Below are positions 62,993 through 64,000 of a DNA stretch of 64,000 nucleotides, one piece after another. The DNA is from a virus. The translations under genes and the position numbers were made by a program. The notes beneath the pieces were generated by a model. The model made no database searches and was not told the origin of the DNA. It worked only from the letters and a program-made list of their open reading frames with translations. The stretch is from positions 103,870-167,869 of the IMG/VR virus record IMGVR_UViG_3300037222_000100; one strand, written 5' to 3'. Position 1 is the first letter of the stretch; every line of letters begins with the position of its first letter.

Positions 62993-63516
62993 GCTGCCTC
63001 CGGTAGGTAGCGTTGCTGGATTGTATCCGCCCAGTCTAGCAAATCTTGGACTCGTTGTCCAGCGGGATGAGACTTCGACCAAAGCTCAAGATTCTCGTTA
63101 CGATTGTCATCGCGCACTCCGTTCTTGTGATGGACCTCCTCGTCGGGCAGAAGTGCCCGCCCAAGACGCTGCTCCATAACGGCACGATGAAGCGCTATAC
63201 GCTTTCCATTGCGATAAATGATCCGATACCCACGCGCATCAATTGTTCCGAACCCTCGACGGCCCTGAGCCTTGAGCGGAACATCCGCTTGCACATCTCC
63301 GGCCTTCCTGTGCCGCTCCCAGTGAGCGTGGCACCAGCCCTTCGCCACCACTGGTCGCCAGCACCCCTCAACAGCGCATTCCTCGCCTGCATAGGGACCA
63401 CCGTATCGCCTTGCCAAAGGATCGCCATAGCGAAGTTGTTTACGATAGTGCGCCTCACATAGGCCGCTCTTCTTGGAGCGGGCCGGTCGGTCGCACAGGT
63501 TGATCTGGCAAAGCAT
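62989..63516 (-). CDS. HNH endonuclease with two LCxxH repeats (paralog of 21111-21650; start approximate)
   Basis: HRAVMEQRLGR..VHHKNGVRDDNR.ENLELWS..HPAG.RV.DL. Confidence 0.92.
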   Translation of the reverse strand: MLCQINLCDRPARSKKSGLCEAHYRKQLRYGDPLARRYGGPYAGEECAVEGCWRPVVAKGWCHAHWERHRKAGDVQADVPLKAQGRRGFGTIDARGYRIIYRNGKRIALHRAVMEQRLGRALLPDEEVHHKNGVRDDNRNENLELWSKSHPAGQRVQDLLDWADTIQQRYLPEAA

Positions 63517-64000
63517 TGATGTATTCTCTCGCCAATTGTAGTAGCCGATCTCTGGCATTATCCTGTGGCGATTCAACAACTCGGTTCGTTAGCTGACGCA
63601 GGATTGTACCAATCTGCGGTCCCGGTTTCAAGCCCAGGCTTTGGAGGTCGTCGCCGTTGACGCTGATCATGCTCTGATTCGTCGGCGCTCCAGCGTGCCG
63701 TACACCCTCGACCAGTTCGTGCATCTTGTCTACGCTAGTGCGCGCAGCCACTTCCTCGGGGGTCTGGCCCTTGCCAGTCATATCGCCCCTGCGCAACGTC
63801 AGAAGATCATCCGCCGCATCCCCAACGCGGTTGAGGAACTTGCGTGCGCCTTTCGGCGATGAGAAGGCCGGGAACATGTGATGGCTGATGAGATTGTGGA
63901 CGTTACGAATCTTCGAGACGGGGTAGTTGTACGTTTCACGGAGACGTTGCTCGGCGATGTCTGCGCCCACTTTCGCGTGATCGGCACCGACCGGCTGGCC
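63455..64000 (-). CDS. C-terminal part of an HD-containing CCA-adding tRNA nucleotidyltransferase (partial)
   Basis: HAKVGA.IA..RL..HHM..D..G; VNGDDL..LG.KPGP.IG.IL. Confidence 0.8.
   Translation of the reverse strand, partial: GQPVGADHAKVGADIAEQRLRETYNYPVSKIRNVHNLISHHMFPAFSSPKGARKFLNRVGDAADDLLTLRRGDMTGKGQTPEEVAARTSVDKMHELVEGVRHAGAPTNQSMISVNGDDLQSLGLKPGPQIGTILRQLTNRVVESPQDNARDRLLQLAREYINALPDQPVRPTGPLQEERPM

Noticed and set aside
1-64000. tRNA, rRNA, integrase, transposase, capsid, portal or terminase genes
   Set aside because: No recognisable motifs by eye; core head and packaging genes probably lie outside this window.
1-64000. Stop-codon reassignment
   Set aside because: Long genes are intact in the standard code, and TAA, TAG and TGA all end genes at sensible junctions.

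Overview
64 kb of a large tailed-phage genome (GC-rich, no rRNA, tRNA, CRISPR or cellular housekeeping operon seen). The host is probably an actinobacterium; this is inferred from the pervasive leaderless genes and the actinobacterial-type Dcd motif. The window holds: (i) runs of small accessory genes, many with their own sigma70-like promoter a few nt before the start codon; (ii) virion/tail and lysis genes (Ig, C1q, collagen and tail-collar proteins, an M15-type peptidase); (iii) ten free-standing HNH/LAGLIDADG endonucleases; (iv) nucleotide/NAD/RNA enzymes (nicotinamidase, dCTP deaminase, MazG-like, HD hydrolase, CCA-adding enzyme, NADAR remnant); and (v) six large minus-strand multidomain proteins, one of which (1..1362) is missing from the ORF track. 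These string together nucleotidyltransferase, 2H, ART-like, PcfJ-like, HhH and unnamed domains, separated by recurring K/H-x-A-A/S and W-x-F motifs. The best candidate for a new system is the 780-aa ORF 45202..47544. It stays open across three apparently self-contained cassettes, each with its own extended -10 and leaderless start: an HNH gene in another frame, flanked by a recoded duplication of host sequence, and antisense genes for small membrane peptides. This suggests a protease-processed polyprotein that tolerates inserted genes without any intron or intein. All domain calls are by eye from motifs; no database search was run.
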